The position numbers and the translations under genes were made by a program. Below are positions 27,760 through 38,172 of a stretch of DNA of 59,002 nt, in pieces. Origin of the DNA: a virus (Duplodnaviria; Caudoviricetes); IMG/VR virus record IMGVR_UViG_3300026302_000060, positions 1 to 59,002 of that record. The stretch is one strand, 5' to 3'. Position 1 is the first letter of the stretch. Each line of letters opens with the position of its first letter. The notes below the pieces were generated by a model, which did no database searches, had not been told where the DNA came from, and worked only from the letters and a program-made list of their open reading frames with translations.

Positions 27760-28862
27760 CCCTGCTTGTTGGCGGTGAATTGCTGCTTTTCGGCGATGTC
27801 GGTGATCCCTGGGGCTGGGGCGACGGTTTTACCCCGCTGCAGGTTGCCGAGGCGCTGGTGGAACATGGGCCCGGCGACATCACGGTGAGGATCAATTCCG
27901 GTGGCGGTGTCGCCTCGGATGGCACGGCGATCTATTCCCTGCTCCTCGCCCATCGCGGCGTCGTCACGACAATCGTCGAGGGTGTCGCCGCCTCGGCCGC
28001 CTCGCTGATCCTGATGGCGGGTGATGAGCGCCGTATGCGGCCCGGCTCGATGCTGATGATCCACGACACCTCGCGGATCACCTGGGGCAATGCCGATGAG
28101 CACCGGAAATCGGCTGACTTTCTCGACAAGCTCTCCGGCCAGTACGCGAATATCTACGCCTCTGCTTCCGGCCTCGATGCGACCGAGGTGCGCGAGATGA
28201 TGAAGGCGGAGACCTGGTTCTCCGCCGAGGAAGCCCGCGCCAAGGGCTTCATTACGGTCCTCGACACCGCTGCGGCGAGCGCTGCCGCCTCGTTTGACTA
28301 CACGCTCTATGCCCACGCGCCGGCGTCGATGCCGCGCCGCACCCGTCCCCCCGCCGCGACAGGAAAGGCGGCCAAATGTGAGGATAAACCGATGACGAAG
28401 CCCTGGGTTGATTCGTTTTTTGCCGCGGCGGAGAAATCCGCCCTGCCGCTTGCCAAGCTCAATGCCATCGTGGCGGAGAGCGGAACGCTGGAGGCGGCGC
28501 AGGCGAAGCTGATCACCGCGCAGGCCACGCCTGCCGATCCGGCGGAACCCCTGACGAACCCCGCGGTCTCCGCTCAGGTGGAAGACAAGGCATGGGCTGG
28601 CGACTTCTTCAAGATCGCCGAGAAGTCCGGGCAGAGCCTTGCCGCGCTGAATACGATCGTCGGCAAATCGAAAGACCTCGCCTCCGCACAGGGCGCGCTG
28701 ATCGATGCGATGGCCGCCGCCGCCGGCGAAAACAAGCCGTCGCCTGTGTCGAAGACCGATCCGATGGGCAAGGGCACCGTGGCCAAGGGCTTCGATGCCG
28801 GCCGCGAGAAGGTCCTCGCGATGAAGGGCAAGACGGCCGCTGCGGAAAAAACCGCCGCCTGA
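27756..28862 (+). CDS. ClpP-type head maturation protease with scaffold-like C-terminus
   Basis: VRINSGGG, GVAASAAS, MLMIH, ETWFSAEEA. Confidence 0.9.
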   Translation: MTLLVGGELLLFGDVGDPWGWGDGFTPLQVAEALVEHGPGDITVRINSGGGVASDGTAIYSLLLAHRGVVTTIVEGVAASAASLILMAGDERRMRPGSMLMIHDTSRITWGNADEHRKSADFLDKLSGQYANIYASASGLDATEVREMMKAETWFSAEEARAKGFITVLDTAAASAAASFDYTLYAHAPASMPRRTRPPAATGKAAKCEDKPMTKPWVDSFFAAAEKSALPLAKLNAIVAESGTLEAAQAKLITAQATPADPAEPLTNPAVSAQVEDKAWAGDFFKIAEKSGQSLAALNTIVGKSKDLASAQGALIDAMAAAAGENKPSPVSKTDPMGKGTVAKGFDAGREKVLAMKGKTAAAEKTAA

Positions 28863-28929
28863 TCCCTCGTTGCCCGGCGCCTGAGCAGCCGGGTTTCCTG
28901 CTTATTCCGATTTTTTCAGGAGCCAGACC

Positions 28930-29283
28930 ATGGAAACCGCCACTTACGATCCGAACGACCTGCGTGTCGGGAGTTACCCGGTCGCGTCCCAGACCGTCAC
29001 CTTTGCCTCGGGTCAGAATATCGTCCGGGGTGCTGTTCTCGGCAAGATCACGGCCTCCGGCAAATACGTTCTCTCGGCTTCTGCCGCGTCTGACGGCTCG
29101 CAGGTGCCGATCGCGATTGCTGCCGTGGCTGTCGATGCTACCGCGGCGGATACGCCGGGCCCGGTGCTGCTGACCGGCGAATACGACGCCAGCAAGCTCG
29201 TCTTCGGCGCCGGCCACGATGCCGCCAGTGTCGAGGCTTCGCTCCGCTCTCGCGGTCAGGCGATCTTCCTCAAGACCCTCTGA
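28930..29283 (+). CDS. Head decoration protein (gpD-like)
   Basis: RGAVLGKITASGKY..SDGSQ. Confidence 0.85.
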   Translation: METATYDPNDLRVGSYPVASQTVTFASGQNIVRGAVLGKITASGKYVLSASAASDGSQVPIAIAAVAVDATAADTPGPVLLTGEYDASKLVFGAGHDAASVEASLRSRGQAIFLKTL

Positions 29284-29329
29284 AGCGCTTTCACGCGAAG
29301 CGGCCGCCGCTTCGCGTGAAGAAAACGCG
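29284..29329 (+). repeat. 46-bp palindromic interspersed element, copy A
   Basis: 36/46 identical to copy at 38173; begins right after TGA. Confidence 0.7.
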
Positions 29330-29383
29330 TCCCGAAAGACAATCTGAACCCCACCCTTTCCCCTGAGCCACTGGAGTTAGACC

Positions 29384-30415
29384 ATGCAGCTCTACGATAC
29401 CCAGACCCTGCTCGGCATGGTCTCCGCTCTCGACCGTCCGCGTCGCTTCATCTTTGATCGCTTCTTCTCGACCGCGACGATCACGTTCGACACCGAGGAG
29501 ATCGTGTTCGACAAGATCAAGGCCTCTCGCCGCCTCGCGCCGTTCGTCTCGCCGCATGTTCCGGGCAAGTCCCGCGCGCTGCGCGGCGCCGAGGCGCGCT
29601 CGTTCAAGCCGGCCTATGTCAAGCCGAAGGGCGCGATCACCCCGAACGCGGTCATCAAGCGCCGCCCCGGCGAGCGTCTCCTCGGCGAGATGAGCCCCGC
29701 CGAGCGCTTCGACCGCATCCTCATGCAGGAACTCGAGGATCAGGATTCCGAGATCGCACGCCGCGAGGAAATGATGGCGATCGAGATCCTGCGGACGGGC
29801 AAGCTCATTGTCGAGAGCCCCGAATTCCCGAAGATGGAAATCGACTTCGCCCGCCCGGCCGGAAACACCGTGGCTCTGGCCGGTGCGGCGCGCTGGGGTC
29901 AGGCCGGCGTCAAGCCGTTCGAGAACATCAAGACCTGGGCCGGCGAGGTTCACAAGGCCTCGGGCTCGCATCCCGGCACCGTCGTGATGGGTCCGGGGGC
30001 CGCGAACAAGTTCCTGGCGGATGAGACGCTGGCCAAGGCGCTCGACAATCGCCGGCAGGCCGGCAATCCCACCATGGATTTTCTGGGTGCCGTTACCGGT
30101 GCGCCGGGCACCGAGGCGGTCTATCTCGGCTCCACCGGTCAGTTCGAGTTCTGGCAGTATCAGCAGAAGTATCAGGATGCCGCAGGTGCCCTGCAGGACA
30201 TGTTCCCGAACGAGGGCGTGCTGCTCGCCTCCCTCGGCGTCGAGGGCTACGCCTGCTACGGTGCGATCCAGGACCTTGAATCCCTTCAGGCCGAAGAGCG
30301 CTTCCCCAAGATGTGGGAGGAGAAGGATCCGTCGGTGGCGATGGCGATGACGCAGTCGGCGCCGCTTCCGGTCCCGGCCCGCATCGAGGCCTCGGCCTTC
30401 GCGACGGTCGCCTGA
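29384..30415 (+). CDS. Major capsid protein (lambda gpE family)
   Basis: RLAPFVSP, FKPAYVKPK, RREEMMA, QSAPLPV. Confidence 0.92.
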   Translation: MQLYDTQTLLGMVSALDRPRRFIFDRFFSTATITFDTEEIVFDKIKASRRLAPFVSPHVPGKSRALRGAEARSFKPAYVKPKGAITPNAVIKRRPGERLLGEMSPAERFDRILMQELEDQDSEIARREEMMAIEILRTGKLIVESPEFPKMEIDFARPAGNTVALAGAARWGQAGVKPFENIKTWAGEVHKASGSHPGTVVMGPGAANKFLADETLAKALDNRRQAGNPTMDFLGAVTGAPGTEAVYLGSTGQFEFWQYQQKYQDAAGALQDMFPNEGVLLASLGVEGYACYGAIQDLESLQAEERFPKMWEEKDPSVAMAMTQSAPLPVPARIEASAFATVA

Positions 30416-30433
30416 TCCCAGGGCTGAATAACT

Positions 30434-30844
30434 ATGGCCTCGCCCTTCGCACGCCTTGAGACCGTCGCGAGCACCACGCTCGCGACGGTCTTCGATGAGC
30501 GTGTGACCTTCACACCCCTGCATCATCCGCCCAACGGGCGGCCGGTGCCCGACCCCTCGCGCTTGCCGCGTGAGGCTGTCCGTGTCTCGATCTCTCGCCC
30601 CACGGAGCGACAGGAGAGCCGTTTCGACCTGCCGAAAACCAACGACAAGCCGCGTGCTCCCCGCTTCGGTCATACCGCGACCGCCTATATCCGGCTTTCC
30701 GAGCTCGGGTATGCCCCGAAACAGGGGGACCGGATCAAGGCGACCGATCTGCCCGGCGCGCCGGTTTATGTGCTGGAGCGTGTGGACGAGGATGGCCCCG
30801 ACCGCTTCATTTGTCCGCTCGTGCTCATCGGTGGTGTTCCATGA
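30434..30844 (+). CDS. Head-tail adaptor/closure protein
   Basis: Position after MCP; PKQGDRI..VYV. Confidence 0.55.
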   Translation: MASPFARLETVASTTLATVFDERVTFTPLHHPPNGRPVPDPSRLPREAVRVSISRPTERQESRFDLPKTNDKPRAPRFGHTATAYIRLSELGYAPKQGDRIKATDLPGAPVYVLERVDEDGPDRFICPLVLIGGVP

Positions 30845-31650
30845 GCCTCCATCGCCTCTGCCTCCGTCTGGCGGCCATTGTCGCGCTGACCAACAACGGC
30901 CAGTCCCCGTGGCCGACGGCGGCGGAAGACCGTGTTTTCGACGGACGGATCGAGCCGATCGAAAGCATGGTCAGTCAGGATGCCCCGTTCCCGATCATTC
31001 TGGTCGAGACTCCTGTCCATGAAAACGGGCTCACCGGTCAGAAGATCGACGGCAAGCATTTTGTCGATCTCGTCTTCGATATCGGCCTTGGTCTTCGTTC
31101 CGAAGGTGAGGGTTCGGCCTTCACCATCGCCCTGCCGCAGACAGACAGCGAACTTGATACCGCGCTCGACCTGATCGAGCACCAGTTGCATCGTGCTCTG
31201 GCGCGCTCCGAGGTGTTCCAGAAAGTTTGCCTCGGCCTCGTGAGTGTTTCCAGCGTTCTTGCGCCGCCGGAGGATAACCAGCGCGCGGCGATCCGCTACG
31301 TCCGGTATCAGGTGCAGATCCTGCGCGATTCCGGTGTCTGCCGCGGGGTGCCGCAGAACCTCCAGCCGCTCCTCGCCGCGCTGGACACCAATCCCGCCTT
31401 TGCCGAGCGGGCCGGCATGATCCGCGCGGCCTTTGATGAGGATGCTGCCGCCACTGATGGTATCGCGGCCATGCTGGATCGCAAGTGGGCGCGCGAAACC
31501 GCTGAAATTCTCGGATATTCCGGTTTGTCCGGCCCGGTGACATGGCCAGCCGATATCCGCGCGGTGATCGATCATCCCGCGGGCGTCGCTGACAGCCCTG
31601 AAGGTGGCCTTGCGCCAGAAGGCTCCGTGCCAGGAGGCCCCGCTTCATGA
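30841..31650 (+). CDS. Tail terminator/completion-like protein
   Basis: Position in neck region; TAAEDRVFD. Confidence 0.5.
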   Translation: MSLHRLCLRLAAIVALTNNGQSPWPTAAEDRVFDGRIEPIESMVSQDAPFPIILVETPVHENGLTGQKIDGKHFVDLVFDIGLGLRSEGEGSAFTIALPQTDSELDTALDLIEHQLHRALARSEVFQKVCLGLVSVSSVLAPPEDNQRAAIRYVRYQVQILRDSGVCRGVPQNLQPLLAALDTNPAFAERAGMIRAAFDEDAAATDGIAAMLDRKWARETAEILGYSGLSGPVTWPADIRAVIDHPAGVADSPEGGLAPEGSVPGGPAS

Positions 31651-32189
31651 GCGATTTCTCTGCTTTCGCCGCGGCGCTGGTGGCGCGGATTGCCGATCTC
31701 GAAACCAAGATTGTCCGCCTCGAGACGGCTTCCGCCAACATGATCCGAGAGGGCCGCGTCACCAAGGTTTCCGGTGATGGAAAGGCCGAGGTCGATATGA
31801 ACGGCCTGCCGAGCGCCGCGCTTCCCGTGATGATGCGTGCCGGCAAGGTTTCCGAATGGAACATGCCTTCGGAGGGCGAGCGCGTCACGGTGCTCAACCC
31901 GACAGGTGACCCCGGCCTTGGTCTCGTTCTTCTGGGTGGCCCCTCGGACGCCTTTCCGGCGGCTCATGACAACCCCGAGGAGCATCGCCGGAAGACCGGT
32001 GATGTGACCACAACGCAAGGTCCGGATGGCTTTGTGATCAAGGCCGGCGGCACCGAATATCGCTTCACCGCCGAAGGCTTCATCCAGACGGGCGGCCGTC
32101 AGGAGCACGACGGCAAGAACACCGGCAAGGACCATGTCCACGACAGGGTGTTCCCCGGTGGGGGCCTGACCGGTCTCCCGCAACCATAA
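31647..32189 (+). CDS. Baseplate spike (gpV-like)
   Basis: PSEGERV.VL.P.GD, C-terminal HVH. Confidence 0.85.
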   Translation: MSDFSAFAAALVARIADLETKIVRLETASANMIREGRVTKVSGDGKAEVDMNGLPSAALPVMMRAGKVSEWNMPSEGERVTVLNPTGDPGLGLVLLGGPSDAFPAAHDNPEEHRRKTGDVTTTQGPDGFVIKAGGTEYRFTAEGFIQTGGRQEHDGKNTGKDHVHDRVFPGGGLTGLPQP

Positions 32190-32198
32190 GGGACAGCA

Positions 32199-32441
32199 AT
32201 GAAACAGTTCATCATCAAGCAAGCCGGATGGATGGAAGACGGCTTCGGCGTTTCGGCCTGGCGCGAGGCTGGCAATCCGATCGAGTTGCTCCCGGAGCAG
32301 GAAACCTACCTGCTGCTGAGCGAGGCGATTGAAGCCCCGCCCGCCGCGCTTCCTCCGGCGGTCCAGGAAACGCCTGCCGCGTTAATGCCTGTCGAGGTAT
32401 CGAAGCCTGCCAAGGGCGACAGCAAGAATGTCCGGGATTGA
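32199..32441 (+). CDS. Hypothetical phage protein
   Basis: SD and operon fit. Confidence 0.5.
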   Translation: MKQFIIKQAGWMEDGFGVSAWREAGNPIELLPEQETYLLLSEAIEAPPAALPPAVQETPAALMPVEVSKPAKGDSKNVRD

Positions 32442-32820
32442 TGCCCGGACTTTCAAGGTGCTCGATGGCTGGGAGCATGTGGCCCAGAGCCTTGATCTGA
32501 TCCTTTCGACCCTTGTCGGCGAGCGCGTGATGCGCCGAGCTTTCGGGTTCGACGGCACGGCCATGCAGGACCGTCCGATGAATGCGGTCGAGATCACCAA
32601 CGCCTTCATGGCCATCGCCGAGGCGATCGAACCGCGCTTTGTCAACGGCCATCAATATGGCGAGCCCCGGTTCGATCTCGTGCGGGTGACACCGAAACGG
32701 GCCGAGCCTGCCGGGCTGATCGAGTTCGAGTTGCAGGGTCTTTACTACCCGCGCGGCCACCTTGGCGACTTCACGGTTTTCGAGCCGAAGACCCACTCCC
32801 TTTCCCCGGCGCCGGGTTGA
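32428..32820 (+). CDS. Baseplate wedge gpW/gp25 family
   Basis: HVAQSL..ILST.VGERVMRR.FG, EPRF, YYPRGH. Confidence 0.85.
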   Translation: MSGIDARTFKVLDGWEHVAQSLDLILSTLVGERVMRRAFGFDGTAMQDRPMNAVEITNAFMAIAEAIEPRFVNGHQYGEPRFDLVRVTPKRAEPAGLIEFELQGLYYPRGHLGDFTVFEPKTHSLSPAPG

Positions 32821-32927
32821 CCGGCGCCTCCTTCTCTTCCCCCGTTTTTCGCGGGTTTTCCCGGCTGGACTGACCGGAACCTCCTTCCTTACCGCCCGCC
32901 CTTCGCGGGTTTTCCCGGAGACATGAC

Positions 32928-34400
32928 ATGACCGAAATCTTTCTCCACGGCCGCGAGACGCTCGAAAAGGACGCGGGCAATCCCCGCTATGTCGCGACGA
33001 TCGATTCCGGCATCATCTTCCTCACCGGCACCGCGCCGGGTGCCAACAATACGCTGTTCCCGGTGAACCAGCCGCGCGTCATGCGCGGTTACGAGGATTT
33101 TCCGCAGGGTCTCGGCTCCACCGGCACCCTGCCCGATGCGCTGGATCTGGTGCTGAAACAGGCGGGTCGCATGAGCCAGACCGTCTATTTCAACCGGGTC
33201 GAGGAGGGGGTGAATGCCGCCGCGACGCTGAAGAACGTTCTCGGCTCCCGCGCGGCCCGCACCGGGTTGCACGCGCTGTCCCGTATCGCGCCGGAGTTCA
33301 ATCAGCGCCCGAAGCTGATCGGTGCGCCGGGCTTCACCTCCACCCGTCCGGCGGATGGTGTCGCCACCATCGCGGTCACGGAGGGGGGCACAGGCTACAC
33401 GAGCGCCCCGACTGTCACGATCACTCCGGCCGGCGGCGATGCGACGGGTGCCGGCGCGACGGCGATTGCCATGATCAATGCCAGCGGCGAGGTCGATGCG
33501 GTGATCATCACCAATCCCGGCCTCGCCTATACCGCCAACCCGACCGTTTCCTTTTCCGGCGGCGGCGGCACCGGGGCGACGGCGGCAGCGACGCGCGGGC
33601 AGACCGCGAACCCGGTGGCGGCGGAAATCTCGGCGCTCTGCAACCGCTACCGCGCCTGCTCGGTTGTTTCCGGCCCGAACACGACCCCGGAAGCTGCAAT
33701 CCAGTATCGTCTCGATTTCGATACGGATCGCCTGATGATCCTTGATCCCTTCATCAAGGTTTCCAAGGGTGGCGTTCCTGTCTCGATGCCGGCGGATGCC
33801 GGTGTTCTCGGGCTTCAGGCCCGCATCGATTACGAAGAGGGGTTCTGGTATTCGCCGTCCAGCCATGTGCTGGAAGGGGTTGTCGGCACGCATCGCCCGG
33901 TTGAACACTCGCTCTCCGACCGCTCGGTGGAAAGCCAGTATCTCAACAGCAATCACGTCTCGACCATCGTCCGCTCGCCGCAGGGCGGCTGGAAGCTGTT
34001 CGGCAACCGCGTCGCCAAATCCGACCCGCTCCGCGTGTTCTGGTCGGTGCGCCGCGCGCATGATGTCATCATCGAATCCGTGGAGCTGGCGACCGAGGCG
34101 TTCCAGGACCGCCCCTTCGCCAAGCAGAACCTGGTCGATATCGCCGAGACCGTGAACCGCGCGTTGCGGCGCTGGACTGCCCTCGGTGCCACGCTCGGCG
34201 GGCGTGTCTGGCTCGATCCGGCGCTGAACACCGCCGAAAGCCTCTCCGCCGGTCTGGTCTATATCCACTATGACGGCGAGGCCCCGGCCCCGATGGAGCA
34301 CATCGTTTTCGTGTTCAATCGCAACACCGGCTACTACGACACCGTGCTGGCCTCGGCCGCCCGCGAGATCGCGCGGCAGTCCGCGCTCGCGGCGGCGTAA
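32928..34400 (+). CDS. Contractile tail sheath protein
   Basis: FLHG, LIGAPGF, GFWYSPS, WKLFGNR, P.EHIVF; internal GxGYT..PTV insert. Confidence 0.9.
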   Translation: MTEIFLHGRETLEKDAGNPRYVATIDSGIIFLTGTAPGANNTLFPVNQPRVMRGYEDFPQGLGSTGTLPDALDLVLKQAGRMSQTVYFNRVEEGVNAAATLKNVLGSRAARTGLHALSRIAPEFNQRPKLIGAPGFTSTRPADGVATIAVTEGGTGYTSAPTVTITPAGGDATGAGATAIAMINASGEVDAVIITNPGLAYTANPTVSFSGGGGTGATAAATRGQTANPVAAEISALCNRYRACSVVSGPNTTPEAAIQYRLDFDTDRLMILDPFIKVSKGGVPVSMPADAGVLGLQARIDYEEGFWYSPSSHVLEGVVGTHRPVEHSLSDRSVESQYLNSNHVSTIVRSPQGGWKLFGNRVAKSDPLRVFWSVRRAHDVIIESVELATEAFQDRPFAKQNLVDIAETVNRALRRWTALGATLGGRVWLDPALNTAESLSAGLVYIHYDGEAPAPMEHIVFVFNRNTGYYDTVLASAAREIARQSALAAA

Positions 34401-34455
34401 GCCGTCGCCTCCCTGACCCCATCCCGAACCACTTCAAGAGAACCCGGAGGGCGCG

Positions 34456-34962
34456 ATGCGTCACATCTTGCGCGGCTACACCATGTGGGCCAACGGCTAT
34501 GATTTCGGTCTTGAGGTCGAGGAGCTGCAGTGCGCGCTCCCCGATGAGACCTATGTCGATCACAGTTACGGCGGCGCGGTGATGGCCGCACAGGTGCCGA
34601 TGATCAAGATCGGCAATCTGGAGCCGACGATGAAGTTCGCCTCGCACAATCCGCGCCTCGCGGAGCTGCTGCTGCTGCCGCCCGGCGCCACCACCACCTT
34701 CACCTTCCGCTCGCACCTTGTGGACGAGATGGATGGGGCCTCCCGCTCCAACGTGATCATCTATGAGGGGCGGCTGGCGGCCCCCGCGCCGGATGGCTGG
34801 TCGGGCGACAAGGCGGGTCTCGGCTACACCATCAAGGGCGTGCGCTATTATCGCTACGAGATCGGCAACGAGCCCATCCACGAGATCGGTCTTTTCCCGC
34901 CCAAGCTCGTCATCAACCGCGTTGACCGCCTGGCGGCGCAGAATGATTCGCTGGGGCGGTGA
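34456..34962 (+). CDS. Tail tube protein (P2 FII-like)
   Basis: Follows sheath; YYRYEI..EI..INRVDRLA. Confidence 0.8.
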   Translation: MRHILRGYTMWANGYDFGLEVEELQCALPDETYVDHSYGGAVMAAQVPMIKIGNLEPTMKFASHNPRLAELLLLPPGATTTFTFRSHLVDEMDGASRSNVIIYEGRLAAPAPDGWSGDKAGLGYTIKGVRYYRYEIGNEPIHEIGLFPPKLVINRVDRLAAQNDSLGR

Positions 34963-34964
34963 TC

Positions 34965-35416
34965 ATGAAAACCGTTTCCATCACACTCGAAGAGCCGATC
35001 GATCTTCCTTCGGGAAAGATCACGGCGGTTGTGGTGCGCGAGCCACGCGCCGGGGACATCATCGACGTGGGCGGCGACCCGTCCCTGCTTGCCCGCACGG
35101 AAACCGGCGTGGTGATCTCGGTGGAATCCGATGACAAGATCCGGGGGTATCTCGAGCGTCTTGTGCAGACAGAGACCGGTTCCCCTTTGTCGATGGCTCT
35201 GCTCCGCACGGCTTCCGTTGTGGACTACATGCGCATCCGGGACGCTGTGCTCGATTTTTTCGGCAAAGCCCGGGAGAGGGCCTGGAAAATCGACTCCGGC
35301 TCCTCGTCCTGATCCTGCGGTGTGTTGATGCGCGGGCTGCGTTGAAAATGACGCCGTCTGAAATTGATTTCTGGCTCGAACAGGGGATCGAGACCGGAAT
35401 CCTGAAACGAAGGTGA
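34965..35416 (+). CDS. Tail assembly chaperone (34965-35312) with -1 frameshift extension to 35416
   Basis: TLEEPI..REPRAGD; slippery T-TTT-TTC at 35255-35261; -1 frame open to TGA 35416 with MTPSEIDFWLEQ. Confidence 0.8.
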
Positions 35417-35419
35417 GGC

Positions 35420-37732
35420 ATGGCCCAGATAGTCGAATCGCGCCTGATCCTCAGTGCGCAGGACAAGACAGCCGCCGCATTTCAGGGGGTGCTGGACAAG
35501 GTCAATGCAATTTCGAAAGCGCAGAAATCCTATGTGACGAGCGGCGGCAAGGATATTGACGCCCTGAACCGCAAAATCGGGTCCATCGACGCTTTCAAGA
35601 CGCAGTTCGAGGCTTTCAAAGCCGCCCGGCTGCAATTCAGGAACGCCGAAGCGGATGTCCAGCGTCTCGGCCGCGCGATGAAAAGTGCGTCAGAGCCGTC
35701 GGCTGCTCTCTCGCGTGATTACGAACGCGCGCAGCGCAGCGTCAGCCGGGCGGCCGAGGCCTTCCGTGAACAGACCGCGGCGATCAAGGCGGCCAAGGCG
35801 GAAATGGCATCCTATGGTGTCACGCTGAAAACCATGGGGAAGCAAGTCTCTCCTCCGCCCCATCGTCAGGGAATGCCGCCTGCCGCCCATGGGCAGATCC
35901 CGCCTGTCGCGCCGCCCGGCGGCGGCATGCCGTCCGTCATTGCCGGCCCTGCCAAATATCTCGGCCCTGCTGCTATCGCCTATGGTGCCTACCGTGCGCA
36001 TGGTGCGGTTGTCGACAAGCACCACGATTTCCAGCAGGCCTATCTCTACCAGCAGGCCGTTCTCGGCATGGATGAGAAAAAGCAGGCTCCGTTGCTCGAT
36101 CAGGCGGCCAAGATCGGCCAGGACACGAAATTCTCGAATGCGGATATCGTGAAGGCGCAGACGGATATCGGCGCGAAGCTGCCCAAGAATCTCCAGTCTC
36201 CTGCCGCCATCGCCGCGATCACCGAGCACACCAAGAACTACGCGCTGGCGATGCAGGTCTCGATGGAAGAGGCGTCTGTGGCGATGGTCGGTTGGATGGC
36301 GTCACGAGGATATGACTTGTCATCTCCGCAGGCGGCCGAAAAATCGGCCCGCCGCGCTTCCAACCAGATGGTTGAATATGCCAAATCAACCGGCAAGAAG
36401 CACCACGATATTGTCGCTGACACCAAATTCGGTGCAGCGCCCGGCAGGGTGGCCGGAATCTCCGAGGCGTTCTCCATGGCCCTGTCGGCGCAACTCGGTC
36501 GCGTCGGCTATGAAGGTGCGATGACCGGCACGTTCGGCCGGGCGATCGCGTCGAAACTCTCGGCACCGACCCAAAAGGGGCAGGCCGCCCTTGCCTCGAT
36601 GGGGCTCAATTTTTCCGATTACATCAACCCCGGCGCGGACCCTTCCGTCGGTGGGCTCGACAAGATGCTGAAGCAACGCTTCGGCCGCAGCCTCGATGAC
36701 AAGCAGAAGAGCAAGCTTGAAAGCATTTTCAATGACCCTGAAATTCGAGGTGATCAGGGCTCGTTTGTTGAGGCTGTATCTTCTGTCCTGAATGATTCAT
36801 TCGCCAAAAAGGGAAAGAACGGCAAGACAAACGCTCAGGATGCCGAGAGGATCGCCAAGACGGTCAATGACTTCTCGGTTCTTTCTGCATCCGGCATCAA
36901 CATCGAGAAGTTGATCATAGACATCCTTTCAAAGGGCATCACGCCCGCGCTTGGCAAGTTTCTCCTCGGTCAGGAGCATGGGGGGCGGCTGCAAACGATC
37001 GACTACAAGCAGTTTCTCGAGGACCTGAAAACGTTCAGGAGCACGCCCGAGAACAGGGCCGAATCCGTTGCCAACAAGATGCAGCAAGGCGCGCAGGGCG
37101 AATACACCAAGATGGTGGGTTCTGTGGAAACCTTCACTGTCGCGATCGGTGAGGCAACGGACGGGCTCCGCTCGTTCACTTACAAGGGGATCGGCGCATT
37201 GTTCGACAGCCTCACCAACCTTGTTAAGGGAAAGGCAGACTTTGGGCACAAGGCCGCTGTGCCCCTGACGCTTGAATCTGAGATGAGCTCGCTGAGCCGG
37301 CGGTTGAACGATCCCGGTCTGACAGAAATCCAGCGCAAAGGATTGAAGGATCAGCTCGGTAAGGTTCAGGGTCGTCATATGCTGGCAACGGATGCTGTCC
37401 CGGTAGCGCCTGCACCCAACCTCGGCGCGATTGAGGCTGTTGGCACCAAGGCGGATGAGGCCAAGGAAAAGCTGGACGGTCTCAACACCACCGTAACGCC
37501 CAACGTGAACAGCGAGCCGGTCCAGAAGCTGGGCGCGGCCCTCGATGAGGTGCTTGGCAAGCTGGAGCGCATCAACGGCGCTGTGGGCAGCGCGCGCAAG
37601 AGCGTCGCGTCGCTCGGCAGCTCGGTCCCCTCCGCGTCGTCGCCGGGGCGCGGGCGGTCGGATATCGCAAGAGCAACGGCATCCCTGTCGCGCTCGCGTG
37701 AGACGAACCAGACGGATCGGGACTTCTCATGA
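35420..37732 (+). CDS. Tail tape measure protein
   Basis: Long Ala-rich helical ORF after chaperone; LILSAQDKT start. Confidence 0.85.
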   Translation: MAQIVESRLILSAQDKTAAAFQGVLDKVNAISKAQKSYVTSGGKDIDALNRKIGSIDAFKTQFEAFKAARLQFRNAEADVQRLGRAMKSASEPSAALSRDYERAQRSVSRAAEAFREQTAAIKAAKAEMASYGVTLKTMGKQVSPPPHRQGMPPAAHGQIPPVAPPGGGMPSVIAGPAKYLGPAAIAYGAYRAHGAVVDKHHDFQQAYLYQQAVLGMDEKKQAPLLDQAAKIGQDTKFSNADIVKAQTDIGAKLPKNLQSPAAIAAITEHTKNYALAMQVSMEEASVAMVGWMASRGYDLSSPQAAEKSARRASNQMVEYAKSTGKKHHDIVADTKFGAAPGRVAGISEAFSMALSAQLGRVGYEGAMTGTFGRAIASKLSAPTQKGQAALASMGLNFSDYINPGADPSVGGLDKMLKQRFGRSLDDKQKSKLESIFNDPEIRGDQGSFVEAVSSVLNDSFAKKGKNGKTNAQDAERIAKTVNDFSVLSASGINIEKLIIDILSKGITPALGKFLLGQEHGGRLQTIDYKQFLEDLKTFRSTPENRAESVANKMQQGAQGEYTKMVGSVETFTVAIGEATDGLRSFTYKGIGALFDSLTNLVKGKADFGHKAAVPLTLESEMSSLSRRLNDPGLTEIQRKGLKDQLGKVQGRHMLATDAVPVAPAPNLGAIEAVGTKADEAKEKLDGLNTTVTPNVNSEPVQKLGAALDEVLGKLERINGAVGSARKSVASLGSSVPSASSPGRGRSDIARATASLSRSRETNQTDRDFS

Positions 37733-38172
37733 ATACGGTGCTGATGGGCTATGGCCCGTTCCGCTTCTCCATCGGGAGCTATTCCTACGAAAAGCTCAAG
37801 CGCAAGTTCGAGGCGCGGATCGAGGGGCAGAAGATCATCGGTGCGCGTCCGTCGCTGCACAAGATGGGATTCGAGACCGAGACGCTTTCCGTCACCTCCA
37901 CGTTCTTTCCGTTTCATCTGCCGAACAACACAGGGCTCTCGCAGCTTGCCGGCGTGCGTGCCGCCATCGGCACCTCGATGGTGCTGGTCGGCAACCGTCT
38001 CGGCGTCGGCGACATGTTCGGGCGCTGGGCGCTGAAATCCATCGAGGACAGCCAGGAGGAAATCTTCGTGGATGGCATCGGCCAGAAAATCTCGGTCGAG
38101 ATGGAACTGCTGTTCGATGGCCCCGGCCGCACCGCCACCGCCTCCGCAGCCATCGCCCGGTTGTTCGGATAA
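37729..38172 (+). CDS. Tail protein gpU-like
   Basis: LMGYGPFRF..G.W.LKSIE. Confidence 0.8.
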   Translation: MNTVLMGYGPFRFSIGSYSYEKLKRKFEARIEGQKIIGARPSLHKMGFETETLSVTSTFFPFHLPNNTGLSQLAGVRAAIGTSMVLVGNRLGVGDMFGRWALKSIEDSQEEIFVDGIGQKISVEMELLFDGPGRTATASAAIARLFG

